Below, piece after piece: positions 37,817-50,799 of a stretch of 64,000 bases of DNA. The stretch spans positions 1 through 64,000 of the forward strand of contig JABANN010000086.1 of assembly GCA_013115125.1 (NCBI GenBank), written 5' to 3'. The notes under the pieces are model-generated. The model saw only the letters and a list, made by a program, of their open reading frames with translations, made no database searches and was not told the origin of the DNA. A program made the position numbers and the translations under genes. Every line of letters starts with the position of its first letter. Position 1 is the stretch's first letter. The stretch comes from Perkinsus olseni. Its lineage: Eukaryota.

Positions 37817-39011
37817 ATGGTTGCCTTCGATCATTTGTTCGGAATCACCCCTGCCGTTCACTCCACCCATATGACAGGTACGAGAGTCAGTACGCCGTAG
37901 AGTGCACAGTATATGTTTCAACCTTTCAGGAACGGCATTCCCAAGTCACGCGGAGCATGCCGATTCGCTCGGAAGAGATTATACTTTAGATCACGGCATG
38001 GATCGAGAGGACCCAGGTGGAATGAGATGGCCGCTTGAGGCCTGGAATTTTTTAGTCTCAGGGACACTGCAGTCGGACGAGCCTGTGCACAATCACCCAT
38101 CGCTGCACGAAGAGGGAGTAGATGGCAGTGTGCAAGAAGGATCCCTTCAAACGGCCAATCACCAGCATTCGGAGGGACATGATGGAACAGAAGGGCATAC
38201 TCCTGGTGGGTCTCGAGCAGTCGTCGCGCTAGTGTTACTCAACACTGTGAAAGAGAAGGTACGGCTCCACAACCTCATCATCACAAGCACGATGAGGCCG
38301 GGAATGATGATGACGACGGAGGCTATGGTGATGACGATGGAGGCTATGATGATGACGATGGAGGCTTTGATGATGACGGAGGGGACTATGATGACTACGA
38401 CGATGACGGCCCTGATTATGAAGACTTGGAGAACGTGCTCAACCCCGCGGCTGTGCAGCAAAGCTCCTTTGCCGAAATCAGCCCAGGAAATTTGGAATCT
38501 ACAGCCAAGGCGGGGCGGTGAGCGGCTACGGGTCAATCATTTTCAAGTGCTTCCACGATACCTCGTGCGTCTCAATAAGACACTCAGAGAGTGCTGTAGG
38601 AAGCCCCTCTGGGTCGCCGCCTTCGCTGGAAATCATATTTTTCAGGATATGTGCAACGAATGATCTTGGTCACACGTTGGTGGAAGGGCTGGTCGCTTTT
38701 GGAGTGGGCATCGGAGTCTTCGTCACCGCGTGCGGAGGGATCGCCTTCTATATCAAGTCCAAAGTGGAAGAGGAACAACGTAGGCGCCATAATCATCAAC
38801 CATGCCCTGCTGATTACGGATCCGGTAAACTTGCGCGAGAGTCACTAAGTCAGAGTGGGGTCATCAAGCCACAGGGCTATAGATGGAAACGCGCGATAAA
38901 ACGATTGTGTACACATTCCGGAGTTCAGGCCGAGTAATGGCTCGTATGAGCGAAGTTCACGATGTACAGCGAGGCATCGACAAGGCAGCAGATGATGCAA
39001 ACCCTGCATGA
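37817..39011 (+). CDS. Hypothetical single-pass membrane protein with His-rich and (DDDGGY)n acidic repeat region; multi-exon
   Basis: Spliced frame reads HHHKHDEAGNDDDDGGYGDDDGGYDDDDGGFDDDGGDYDD (18-bp repeat, ~38305-38410), then TM LVAFGVGIGVFVTACGGIAFYI followed by KSK...RRR. Confidence 0.55.
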
Positions 39012-39671
39012 TAGATTGAGGCGGCTTTTCTGCATCCTTGGAGTTACGTGATGTTACTACGCTCACTCGTGCCCGTTATTTGGTGTTGAGTCCTGCCTAA
39101 GGGGTGCCGTGTAGTTCAGCGCTCGGCCATGCTTCTAAGGAGCGTCTGGTCGTAGCCCTTATGTTCGATCGCGTATCCGTCCAAACGAAGTAAATAAAGC
39201 CTGAGAGGTGCATAAAATCCATCGTGTTACGTGAGCAGAGCATTGCTGGGCGCATGAGTTTCGTGGCAGAGATGGAGCAGAAGAACCTTGTTCCTGACTC
39301 GAGCTCAAACAACAGCACCCTGGAATGGAGTGCGATCCAGTTTGAGGCTTCCGTCCATTGAATGCGTGGATATGTCATATCGACGCTATGACCTTGCATG
39401 CTAGACCAACGGGTGACCCCTTTCGATACTCACACAATCGGAAGGTGTCAAGGATGGAATATATCGTTAACCATCATTGGGCAGAACAGAGATTCCTCTG
39501 ATACCTCGCCGCACAGCATGTTACCAGAGAACAGAACTTGTCGCTTAAATGGCGACCTTGTCGGCTCCCTAGTGGGAGCCGGTGAAAGATAGAGCAAACG
39601 AAATACAAGACATAAGGAACGTATAGGAATAGAAGAGCTATTGAATAGCTCGAATCATAGCACATCGCTTA

Positions 39672-41225
39672 TCATACATCACTCATGACCTCATCTCGTT
39701 TCGATTCTTCGAGCTCGGCCGCGCCCATTCCACCAGCATTCAAGGCTGCAACCTTGTTAAAGTAGGGAATGAGAGAAAGCGAGGCAACAGCACCAAGAAC
39801 ACATAGTGCCAAAAGAACGAGGTAGTAGTAGTCGTAGTGTGCTCCTCTAACGGCCTCTTCAGTCGGGTTATTGACATCGAAATTGGGAAGCCATTCCGAG
39901 CATACTTGGAATAGTACTGCCGACAGAGCATTAGCGATAGAGAAGAAGCACAGGTTGATCGCTGAAGAAACAGCCTTGAGAGGCCCCGGCGAGTGAGTGA
40001 ATGCAACTTCGAAAGAAGTTGAGATGATGAAGATCTCACCAGCAGCAATCAACCAGAACTGGGGGATTTGCCACCAGATTGGAACAGAAAAGATCGGCTT
40101 TGACATGACCATGTACTCGACGCCGAGGGCAACAAGCAGAGACGCAGCGCCCAAAAGCGAGCCAATGCAGCAACGCACCAGAACAGATGGCATGAGATTG
40201 TGACGTCTCAGAAGGGGAAACAGAACCGTGTCCACCAGCACACTTGTCAAGATGACGGCAATGGGGTCCACGTTCTGCATCATCTGTGCTGGCATCTGCC
40301 ATCCAGAGATGGTTGTGTCCATCTTCTTACCTTGCGTTAAGAACGCTGTGGTCATGTTGTTGCAGGCCATCACGAAAGGAATTATGAGGGAAAATAGAGG
40401 CACTAGTCGGAACAGTGCCTTTGCATCCTCGATGAAACTATCGTTGAAACGGCCGCCATTGGATTTCTTGTTTCCTTCGAGTGAACACCGCGTAACGGAG
40501 AAATAGATGACCTTCAGGATCTCCAATACGGCGGACCCTTGAGGCTTCGGCTTCACATAATGGCCCATCATGTCACCCGCAACGAAAGCAACCGTAGCGA
40601 CGACGAAGGCGACGAGAGGGAAAGCGAAGCTTGCAGTGAAAGAGACCGACTCAGCTAGAATCGGAGTGACAACTCCACCAACAATGGAGCCAACGTTAAT
40701 ACAGGCATAGAAGTAGGTGTAGTATCTTGTTATGAGCGCCTTGTGCTCCTCGGGATGGAACTGTTGGGCTCCCATAACGTTGACACAACTTTTGATACCA
40801 CCCGCACCGAATGCGATGAGGAAAAGTAGTGAGACGTGAACCATCCACGGTTGACTGATCGAGTGTATCGTAGAGAGCGTAAGGAGACCCAAGCCCGCCA
40901 TGTAGACGAGGGAGAATATCAGAATAGTCAAGTAGAGACCGAGAATTGTATCCGACAGCACGGCGGAAAGCAGTGGGGTAACGTATAGTATGGCATTGAA
41001 AGTCGCAATGTACGAGTTAGCACCAGCATCGTCAACTCCGAGGTATTCCTTGAGGAAGAGTTGGAGATTGGGCATCAACCCATAGAAGGCCAGGCGCTCA
41101 CAGAGCTCCTGCAGCAAGACGAAGAGGACGGCCTTCCGCATGGGATGCTTGTAGTAATGATAAACGTTACCCGAGACATCAGTCCAAGAGTACGGTTTTT
41201 CACTGCCGCCCGAAGACACGGCCAT
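39672..41225 (-). CDS. Proton-dependent oligopeptide transporter (POT/PTR2 family); intronless
   Basis: 517-aa ORF with ELCERLAFYG (ExxER), GAGGIKS, YFYACINVGS, WWQIPQF and about 12 hydrophobic segments. Confidence 0.93.
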   Translation of the reverse strand: MAVSSGGSEKPYSWTDVSGNVYHYYKHPMRKAVLFVLLQELCERLAFYGLMPNLQLFLKEYLGVDDAGANSYIATFNAILYVTPLLSAVLSDTILGLYLTILIFSLVYMAGLGLLTLSTIHSISQPWMVHVSLLFLIAFGAGGIKSCVNVMGAQQFHPEEHKALITRYYTYFYACINVGSIVGGVVTPILAESVSFTASFAFPLVAFVVATVAFVAGDMMGHYVKPKPQGSAVLEILKVIYFSVTRCSLEGNKKSNGGRFNDSFIEDAKALFRLVPLFSLIIPFVMACNNMTTAFLTQGKKMDTTISGWQMPAQMMQNVDPIAVILTSVLVDTVLFPLLRRHNLMPSVLVRCCIGSLLGAASLLVALGVEYMVMSKPIFSVPIWWQIPQFWLIAAGEIFIISTSFEVAFTHSPGPLKAVSSAINLCFFSIANALSAVLFQVCSEWLPNFDVNNPTEEAVRGAHYDYYYLVLLALCVLGAVASLSLIPYFNKVAALNAGGMGAAELEESKRDEVMSDV

Positions 41226-42177
41226 GCTGGTGAGAAATAAATCCCTGGAAAACGGCTACCTACGCTTCCGAGACCCGAGCCTGCGGGGCAGCAGGATGCC
41301 ACTGTAGAGTCTACCCCAAGAGCTCAAGAGACAGCACGAGTCCTTCCTTGGACGGAGAGAAACGTGCTGGATGATTTGGACCTTTTGAATCTCAAACAGT
41401 CGTGATCACCGTCGTCGACAACGAAGAATAACCCGTTTTCCCTAGCTGGTTATTTGAAGGCAGTTCATAGACTTTAGAAGCAGCCTACGTAGACCGGCCG
41501 ACTGCGGGCACTGCGGGACAAGGGCATCCCGCCTTTCATTGCGCCCGCCAAGATGATCGGTTGGTTGTAGCTGAGTCGGCCACACTAGAAACCCGTAGGG
41601 CTCCAATTTGGTGCGGAAGGCGGGGAGAAGCTAGGAGTTGGCGTGGAAGATACAGTTGAATATGATGACACTGCCATCATGATGGCGCTTGGCGCAGGGA
41701 GACTATGGAACGGCGATATAGCGAGCCTGATATGGTGACACATCGCGCCCTGCACGCGTGATGCCCTCGGCTGCGGAGCTCCTATCTTCAGACTCTGGAG
41801 TCCAGACCCGTACGAAGTTTGATTGCCCAGAACTGTTCTCCTTGACGAGGTGTGCGAGTCACATACCTCGGGCCATCGCATAACACGACAGCTACTAGGG
41901 ATTTTTGTGAGGGTATGAGTTCTAGTTCGGAGTCGAGTTCTATTTGTGGAGGGGTATGAGTGACCCACCATACATAGAGTGCATTTCGATTTCGCCTGCT
42001 CCGATCTTCCCTTGGTTACATCAAACGGAAACGGGCGCCGCCCGTGCTTCTCCCGCACTCACACTGACCTTCGGTTTTGAAACAATAGGGAACAAGGTAC
42101 GTCACATGACCCATCTCTGGATCCTTACACCTCCGAAAGCGGCCTTGAGAGGCATAGCGCAACACCGGTCGATGGGG

Positions 42178-43240
42178 TCAAGGAAACTGAGCAGTGTTCA
42201 ACTCTGCAACCTCTGGCAGCACCGTACGCATGAACGTATCCATACGGTTGAGCTGCTGAATAGCTCGAACTGTTTCCAACATACGCGGTGCGTAAAACAA
42301 CTTCGAGTTCAAATTGACGGCCCTGAGCTCGCAGGATGAATAAACGAAACCCATCGGGAGTAGTCCATCTTCACCTCTGTAGGAGCTCTTCCGCTTCTTT
42401 ATTGCGCATCTGAGAGAGATCATCCCAAGCCTCACACATGATGATTCCTCCCAAGTTGGCCAGAGCGTAGCTGTTCATAGGGTCCAGCTCGACAGCCAAA
42501 CGCAGTAGGCGCTCTTCCTCTGATTGCGTTCTCGCAAAGAGAGCGAGGCCATTTACAGCATACGAATTTTTCGGATCAGCAGCCTGAGAACAACTTCCAC
42601 ACTTTCGCTCTGCCGAAAACAGGAGAGGACTCACGTGGGCCTCTTCGTACAAAGTCTTAGCTCTCTGTCGATCTCTCGTGGCGTACTTGACATCAGCAAG
42701 CCGCGTAATGAAGTTAACATCTGTACAGCAGCGATGAGAAGATACATAGGAGTACCCGAAGAACCTCGAAAAATCGATAGGGCCCGATCGTAGAGCTCGA
42801 TGGCTGCCTCGAAGTCACGCTCTTCATACGCTACTACTCCCTAAAAGGCGGGAAGGCTCAGAGATTTCCAAGAGACGTTGATGCATCGTGTTGGAACAAC
42901 CGCCCTACCTCAGAAGCCTCAAGAGATGCATGAAACACTTCCTTAGGAGACACGCCCGCGATTCGCGTAATGGATGGTATCACGCGACAGGCTCGCAGCC
43001 GAGTGTCGGTCCAGGCGAGCTCAGAATCGAAGACTTTATAAATCTTGGTGGAAGTAAGGCCAAACCTGAGGGAGCCAGCCGTCTAATCCCCAGCATGAGT
43101 ACGGTGTCGACTCACGCCGCCAAAGAGGGCACCGAGAGGAACTGCATGATGTAGCTCTGGATGACCTCAACTTGCAGGACCCGATCGACAGCCGGGGATG
43201 TGCTGATAGTATCCGAGGTTGCAGGCGACCCTGCGCCCAT
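42178..43240 (-). CDS. F-box + TPR repeat protein; multi-exon, 3' end uncertain
   Basis: LQVEVIQSYIMQFLSVPSLA|AFGLTSTKIYKVFDSELAW is F-box-like. GVVAYEERDFEAAIELYDRALSI and LRLAVELDPMNSYALANLG are TPR-like. Confidence 0.65.
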
Positions 43241-43590
43241 CCTATTATGGAGAACAGAAATGGATATACCGGGCCAGGAGAGCCCCTGACAGCAGACCTG
43301 GGAACGATGAGCTACACCGTACCTTTGAACAACGCAAAAGCATCGCTCAACATAAGAATCAGAAGGAATGATGGACCCTTATATGAGGGAACAGCCGTAG
43401 TCGAGCTCACAAGCCCTGCAATCATGTTTTTAAACTTCCGCCACGGCCAATGGTACAATAATCTTGAAGTCGATAATCTTCCACAATGCGTGGATGAGAG
43501 CTTAATGCTTCGTAATAAGACTCGACTAAGACTTTGACGTTCAATGAATCGGATAACTCAATAACTCTGCCGAGCGACCATGAGGGCCAC

Positions 43591-44966
43591 TCACACCTTA
43601 GCAAATCGGATCGGTCTCTCGGCAATATTCTTCGCGGCGCGTGCCATCATTTGACGGGCCTTGGTATCTTCAGGATTCGCCTCAGTCCAACGCATGTGTA
43701 GCATCCATATACTCTTGATAACGTGAACCTGCCAACAAGGCTTCCACGGTCGAGGGCTGGTCGGGCTCTTCTCACCTGCCCAGGGTCCTTGTTAACAATT
43801 TCCTGCCCTTGCTGAGTCCATGTAGTCCAATCAACTTCCAGCTCGTCCGCCTCGCCGTTTCCCTGAACCCACGCCTTGAGGTCCTTCGCACCCGGAAGTC
43901 CTCGCTGAGCGAAAGCTGCCATATACGCGCGGAACCAGGAGTCCACCGCAGACCTTGCCGTATCGACATTAGCGGCACCCAAATGGGGCACCAGCCTCGC
44001 CAAGGCGTAGAGAGAGGTCCAGCCGTGGAGAACGAAGAACTCATTGTCAGAGTAATAGAGGGCAGCAGCGGCAAGAGGGACGACCTGCTCCGAGATCACA
44101 CGCTGGAGTTCTTCGAAGTCTTCCGGCCAATCAACCCTTTGCTTCAGCAATACACCGCTGAGCTCGGGCTTAGTTAGGAAATCTGCACGAGCGGTACCAG
44201 AGGGGAGCGGTAGCATCTCTGAGACGGCCTGAGTGAAGTTGAAAAGGATCTCCACTGGGCTGCCAGATGTGCTCGGAATGACCATCGAAGCTTCTTCCGA
44301 ATCGTAGTCCCGCATGGTCCTGACGTGCAGGTAGGCCAGGCCTTCTGCTAGCAGCAGACCGTTCTCGGCTTCCAACGCCACGCCAGTGAGTATCAGGGGA
44401 TGGAAGGCAGCCCCACCAAGGCCCCTTCGGACTCGAGGGAAATGAGCACGCACTACGTCATCGAGGCTGGCCGCGTCTCGAACCTCGGAGTCGAAGTACT
44501 TGAGGAAGGAGCCGTAGTGTTCCCTCTTGCTATTAACGTACTTCTCAACGTCAGTAACGTTATTGATCGGAACATCGGGAGGTACTGCCGGGTCCAGGCG
44601 CTCTTCGTACTTCATGAAGTCATCTATTGTAGCGTTACTCCCAGCACCCGACCTTGCCAAGGAGATCGACAAATAGGGGGAATGGTCCGTGAAGTAGCCG
44701 TTGTACTCTATGTTGTGCCTTCTGCCGTATGTGCACAGGTCGCCGACAAGACCGGAAACAGCAGCGACCGGCAGTAGAGTGTTCGGCTGGGCCTCGGCGG
44801 GGATCTCCTCAGGCTTCCTCGCAACGAGGCATTTGAGGCCGTAGAGGCCAGCGAAGATGACCACAATGACAACGAAGCCGATAACGACATTCCGAAGGCG
44901 CCTCTTGGGTTGGCGGGCGGGGTTGATCAGAGGCAAGGTGAGCTCAGTGGGTTCAGAGCGCGGCAT
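43591..44966 (-). CDS. Questin oxidase / AflY (DUF4243)-family protein with N-terminal membrane anchor (2 exons)
   Basis: FTDHSPY, GGAAFHPLILTGVALE...AEGLAYL and FFVLHGWTSLYAL; after an intron, DPGQ|VHVIKS. TM VVIGFVVIVVIFAGLYGL follows basic residues. Confidence 0.75.
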
Positions 44967-45083
44967 ACCACAAGTTCAACAACTGGCCTCAACTATAGGG
45001 GCCCCTCGTAGCGGCTATTGAGATGATAACTCTAAGTTTGGTAGGAAAGAAACGTTCATCGCATATGCCGCTGCCGCTCGGCA

Positions 45084-46264
45084 CTAGTCATAGTTGTCAG
45101 CATCTTTACAACGTCTTCCACTCGAACGCCACGGCCCTTCACAGCGACCTGAGGGGAACAACAATAGCTCATCTGCTTCCAAGTACACCCGGGGATACCT
45201 CGCCCTCCTCAAGCTCGCTCTTAGTCGCCGATGGCGCCGCTGGCCGCAGGGGCACTGCACTCTCCTCAACAGCATCCTGAGAACCGAGGCGGTGGCCTTT
45301 CCATATTGATTCGCTCGGTGGTCTACTATAGTATTGCTGATGACCTTGTCCATGGCCCGGTTGTAGAGGTCGATCTTCCTCTCCATCTTCTGCCGTTTAA
45401 CCTCAGGGGCCTCCCCACTGTTCTTGGCTGCCTCAGCGTCCCGGGCCTTCCGCTTCGTAGCTTTACTCGTGGCCGTGGGTTCCCCAGTCGGTCCCACTTT
45501 GTACCTTACCAGCACATCTACATCACCCATCATCCCTCATTACTGCTACTCAGCTCGCTCGGGCAACTTGAGCATCTCCGGTACCGCAGCCGGACTCATG
45601 TAGATGTGGGTCCCTGGCGCTACGCCCAGCTGAAGCGAGAAGCTCACCATGACCATCGTCCACAAGGACCAGCCTCACCAAGTAGAAATCACGATGCATG
45701 GCAGTTTGGATCTGCTTTAGGGTCGTTATGAGGTTGCTCATCTTCTGCAGCAGTGCCTCCCAATACCTGCGTGGTTGCATCGAGCCAGCCGTCAGTCCGT
45801 AACGATACTACGCTTGTTTCTGCAGCGTCGAAGGCTCTGTCTGCTGCGGCCCCCCTCCATCACCCTCGATGTCGAAGCCAGCTCCAGAAATCTGAACGGG
45901 ACCAATGACTGCAGGAAGTTAGACGTTGATGTCCTATCAGAGTCCGCGGCCAATGACATTCTCGGGCTCAAAAACAGTACCTCCCTTGGGCGAGTGACTA
46001 CTTGTCTGAGGGTCCTTTCTACTACCGAAATCGCGGATCTACACTCGTCACAAGCACCAAAGACGGGACTCGCTGAAAGGTTCAGATTCGAGGACTTTTA
46101 GGAGGAGACGCTCAGACTCGAGCTCAGAATCCTTACCCCAGACGAGGATACGGTGTCACTACCCGTGTGATGGACAATAGGTCCATCCTGAGGAGCTGAT
46201 CACGGAAGGTGTTCAGCTTCTTCTGCAGCATTCGAAGGTGAGCCAAGTACTCCCGGGAGTCCAT
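45084..46264 (-). CDS. Hypothetical protein, possibly Mediator subunit Med8-like; multi-exon, 3' end uncertain
   Basis: MDSREYLAHLRMLQKKLNTFRDQL...YWEALLQKMSNLITTLKQIQ...LLGVAP...AAVPEMLKLPE...KIDLYNRAMDK resembles the Med8 pattern (W-x-x-L-L helix; V-x-P; VP-x-L; I-x-x-x-N). Confidence 0.35.
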
Positions 46265-46576
46265 GACTTAGGGAAGAGTTGGTACAAAAAGAAACTATCC
46301 TCACTTCCTCTCAGACGGACTACAACACCACCGCTAGGGCGCACAGTAGCGACGTTTGCAGTCACGGCCAACCTCTCCCCTCGTTAAAAGGAGAGCAAGC
46401 AGCACTACTCCGGTGGGAACTTATGATTGAGCAGGGATATTCCCACAACCAGACAGGGCCAACTGGTGACACGATCGACCCCGTGTCCCCCCCCCAGTGT
46501 GAGAAATGATGAACTCAACCGTATCATAGAATAACAGCAAACAGCAATGAACAACACGGCATGCACAACAATCTCG

Positions 46577-47443
46577 TCACCATTTGTTACTCAATTTGTA
46601 TCCCTTAAGATAGGACGGCCATCCACATGCCATGGCGTGAATCAGCACAACGGCCTTGCGCTCCTTCACCAACCCAGAGGCCTCATCGTCCCACTCCAAA
46701 CCGAACTCTCGAGTTTTCTGCGGCTGGTCGAGGCTTATCACTCTGGCATAGGCCTGCAGCTGTAGCGCCCCGAGAGTCTCGGACGTATACGCGTCGGCGC
46801 GAGCGACTACTCTGTTTATCGCGGCGATGTCAATTGGGGCCAGCCTGTCACCGGGAAAAACGCGTTACTTCAAGACGGTGAACTCAGAAGAATCAAACGC
46901 CCTCACCTGCCAGCTTCAGTCCCTTCATTGTCTTGATATAACGAGAAAATCCTGAACCCCTGATTGCCCCCCGTGTGGACCAGGTCCACTCTAATGCACG
47001 GTTTGCCCTGATCAACAACGTCATGGCCCCGTCATCCAGCCCAGTACTGCTCACGTTACATGCTCACTGTGGGTGAAAATGTGGTACCGAGACCATAGGC
47101 TAGTGGTCTTGAAGCACTCCCCCGCAGAAGGTAAAGCGGCGTGAGACGCTACGAGTGCATCCTGAGCGTTGTTGTGAAGTCCGTATGCAACCATGAGCGG
47201 AGCGTAGGCCGCCGGCTCTTCAGTTAAGTATTCTCGTATCCTTTGATACGGCCCAATCCTCCTGGCTAGCCGCTCGCTCGGGTGTTCGGCAAAATAGGTC
47301 GCCCAGGACTGTATCGCGGCCGAGTCGCTAGTGACAGAGGGAGGAGTGGGGAGCTGGCGTGCTATCTCTTCTAGGTACACGTAGTGAGTAGCAGTGTGGT
47401 GCTCTTTGTTGGAGGTCAAGAACATCCTGAAAGTGGCAGGCAT
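46577..47443 (-). CDS. Hypothetical protein (3 exons)
   Basis: ORF 47051-47443 can be spliced via GT-AG introns to LDDGAMTLLIRANRALEW... and LAPIDIAAINRVV...GYKLSNKW*. No family recognised. Confidence 0.5.
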
Positions 47444-49491
47444 GCGAGTTGACGGGGTCGTTCAATCGACCAATTTTGACACTCCGAATCGATTCTGGAA
47501 CCACACCGTGCAGGTAAAAATCAGCTACAGAATTGATTCTGAGTTTTATATGAAGCTCACTCTGTCATCATAAGCGTCGCGTAGTCCGGATGGACCTCCC
47601 CCGACTGCCTGGCGACTCCAACTGTCGCTGAGACCTGCCAAGCCGTTGACTGGGTAGGGGCTAGCGGGCACGTACCAGGCTTGTGAGGGCGGGGCTTGGG
47701 GATTCCTCTAATATCCTGTTCTCGCCTGAAAAATCCTCGAACGTCCAGGTACTCTCGCGGAGGTGCACGGGCCAGCCCCTGAGGGTGGATTTGAGAAGGT
47801 CCTGAGGGAGTAGAGTGTGGAGAAAACAGAATCGATGTTGACCGAGGGACCTGGGTGCTAGCCTGCGGACCGACGAGTTTGCTGCCTGTACGGCCAGCGA
47901 GGGTAGACACGGCAGGCAGTACAAACAGGCGACAACTCATGGAGGAAGCCAACTGCAACTGCGAAAAGGACCGTGGGTGTATTCCAAAGCAAGGAGACTT
48001 CGAGATTGGATAGGCGAAGTGTTCGGCAACAGTATCTCAGATACTGTTGCCGAACACTTTGCCAGATACTGTATCTGCCCTCCTCGACGAGAGTGACAAG
48101 TGGTGATGGACTGAGCACCATTACCATTGGGGCGAGGCCGTAGGCTCAGTAGGACAGTCGTCATAGTCAATGCCAATACTATGACTCAGACTACGTCTAT
48201 GACTCATAGACAATTTGACAGGGCGGGGCTCCCAGGGGGGTGGGGCTCCCAAGGGCCAAGGCGCCCACGTTCAACAGGCACTACCGCCGAGATGACTGGC
48301 AAGCTTCCGAGGGTACACGGCCAGAGGAAGCAGCCCGCTGTAGCCTCCCAGGTTTGAGTGAGGAAATGAAATGGGGTGCTCAATGGACTACTTCTATTGC
48401 TCAAGAGCGATCCCGGGAGTCGAGTATGGTAGAGCAGGTGCGATTGGTCGGCTTCAGGGGCGACCTTAAGTGAGGCGTTCCTTAAGGAAGGAGCTCCTGA
48501 GTTGTAGGGCCTCCGAAAATGGCCGGCGACGACGATGACGTGCAAATCTCGCCCGCCCGTCCTGGCCAGCACGCATGCGCGCAGTAACTTCTTACTACAC
48601 TTCTTGCGGGCCTTGGGAGAATACTTCCCTTCTCTTAGCATCACAAGTTGATGCACACACCAGTCCACGTTTTGTGAAGTTGTCGATACGCGTAATAGTG
48701 CGGGGAAAGGAAGGCAGCAGGCTCGGCTGTTGCGGCCGAAGCAACCTGTCTCGAGTGCAGCCTTTTGATGCCGGATGTACCGCGACGTAGAGCATCGCTA
48801 GAGTCGTTACCGGTCACGAAGAATGTACAGGAAAAGAAAAAAGGTAAAGCGTCTCGGCTCTGGTCAGTCCGGGCTTGAAACTCGACGCTAGAACGCGCGA
48901 ATACAAATACGATCGGAGGACGGGAGAGCAAGGGTTAGCGGGGAAATTCCAAAGCCATTTTGTCTTGACGCTAGCTTCGACGGCTTCTGAAGACACCACC
49001 GATACCTCCGTCATGGTTCTATATTTAACGTATTCCGTCATAGGTGACGTAGTGATATCTGCTAGAGGCACCAACAGGATTATTGACAGTGAGGAGATGA
49101 TCTCTGGTCCGCGCTGTCAGTGGAAGATTACGATCGGAATGACTGGCTTCTGCGTAGTCCGGGAATAGGCTCTTATCTTCTCAGGCAGTGGTAAGCGGAA
49201 ATCGAAGAAAGCTAGAGGAAAGGGTCGAAGCCGATCACAGTTGCAGGGTGATGCATGGTGTATGGCTATGAGTGATGGCCTAGGGCGTTCGGGGTCTGAG
49301 AAATACGATGGCCCAACTCTCTGACCTAGAACTAGGAAACTGTCACTGCTCTCTCACGGCTGCTATGGCAGTATCGCTGCGAGATTTAGGCCCGACGACG
49401 CTCACGTGGCCATTGAGTCCGAAGGTTAAGGAAGTTGAATTCGGAGGGAACATAACGCGACTCAAGTGATTCGGCTAGAGGACGTCTATGG

Positions 49492-50235
49492 GTGCACAAG
49501 GGGCGTTTCAGGGTCGCTGGCCAGCCTAGTGGGAACCTCCTCTTGGACTTCCTCAAGGAACAGCGCATAAAGCAGAGGTTCGCGCCACAGAGAAAGAACA
49601 GAACACAAGGCAGTTGGGGTGAGCTGCTCGCACAACTAGCCTTGGTGGACCCGGAAAGTTGGTGGCAGATAAGCTGCACCACGTGACTTTTTCGAAGGAC
49701 AACTCTGTCTATTCTTCCTACGTCCGAGAGTACTTCGACCGACCTAGGGTACCCAATGACACCTTCTACAACATGGTAGGGGACGGCACTAGCGAAACAA
49801 TCATCCGACCCGGGAGCATCTCCTTCTTAGTTGCTCTCGCAGCTCGGCTCAGCCAAGCCAAAACGACCCCGTCGGTCCGCGAGCCTGCCAAACATCCAGG
49901 CAGGCTCGGACCGAAGACATTCCGGGAGTGGTGGATCATTTCCGTGGCGACGGAAACCTCGGGAAGTCGGCTCGGGTTTACCCAAACTACCATCCCTGCA
50001 GCGTCGGTTCAATACGACCAACGAGCTCTTCAGAGTCCCTTATAAAGGTGCTACTCGTGAGCGTGAGCTAGGGACTGCACTGCGTGTGTTGTCAGACACT
50101 CTCTGGGTGTCAACAACAGAATCGCCGCGGAGGAAGTGGAATCCCCGAGGGCACGTAGTGGTGTCTAAGGACAACCATCTCGTCCATCCAGGACAGCGGG
50201 CCTACCTGGACAAGATGCTCCCGGGTAGGGAGTAG
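49492..50235 (+). CDS. Hypothetical basic protein with two H-V-x-x-SKDN...R-x-Y-x-D repeats; ends uncertain
   Basis: HHVTFSKDNSVYSSYVREYFDRP and GHVVVSKDNHLVHPGQRAYLDK. Confidence 0.5.
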
Positions 50236-50799
50236 CCTGGCGTACCTGGCTGATCCACTGCTTCAGGCTGGGTGACGACCAGTGACAGCGTATGGCGGGG
50301 CCTGAGTGGTCCGCGCGAAGAGGAAAGTCGGACCGCAGCTGCCACATGCAATGCGTGAATTTACCACCACGAACGTGTTGCCCTTGGAAACAGAGCTCTT
50401 GAGTTCGTCAATACTGGCTCAGCGCCGACTCAGTCCAGCAGTGGGGATAACTCTGACTTCCAGAAAACAGAGAGGAAGGCCGACCGCACAGTTAGAGAGC
50501 TTCGGCCTTCCAGTTATCGAAGAGCCGCTTTGAGGACATGCCTGATGGGTCCCTACTTGAACAGCACGGAGTGTGCTCATGTTAATGGGGCGAATTCAAT
50601 ACTGAAGTGCCGGGCAAGGATAATGCCGAAGGTTTGGAGTCACGTAAGGGAGCCCTGCCGACGGTCGTCGGTGATACGAAAATTTCAGGAAATCGTGGAG
50701 GCACTGTACTCGCGGTGTCACGGTATCAGCGATGATTGTAGAAAGGGCTGCTGGAGGCACATGAAAGTAACCGTATAGCGTACACCGGAACCGAAGCTC

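Noticed and set aside
37902..38663. 253-aa ORF with MMMTMEA repeats
   Set aside because: It reads through an intron. After the GT-AG intron near 38205-38258 the frame shifts to the DDDGGY reading, which joins the TM exon.
45084..45533. Similarity to RNA polymerase III subunit RPC3 (…QYGKATASVLRMLL)
   Set aside because: The gene is too short, the segment may be intronic, and the upstream exons do not fit RPC3.
47557..49300. Possible minus-strand multi-exon gene; likewise 480-1300, 18800-19600, 23000-24000, 32400-33500, 56000-57200 and 62500-63300
   Set aside because: No consistent spliced frame or recognisable motif could be assembled by eye; left unannotated rather than guessed.
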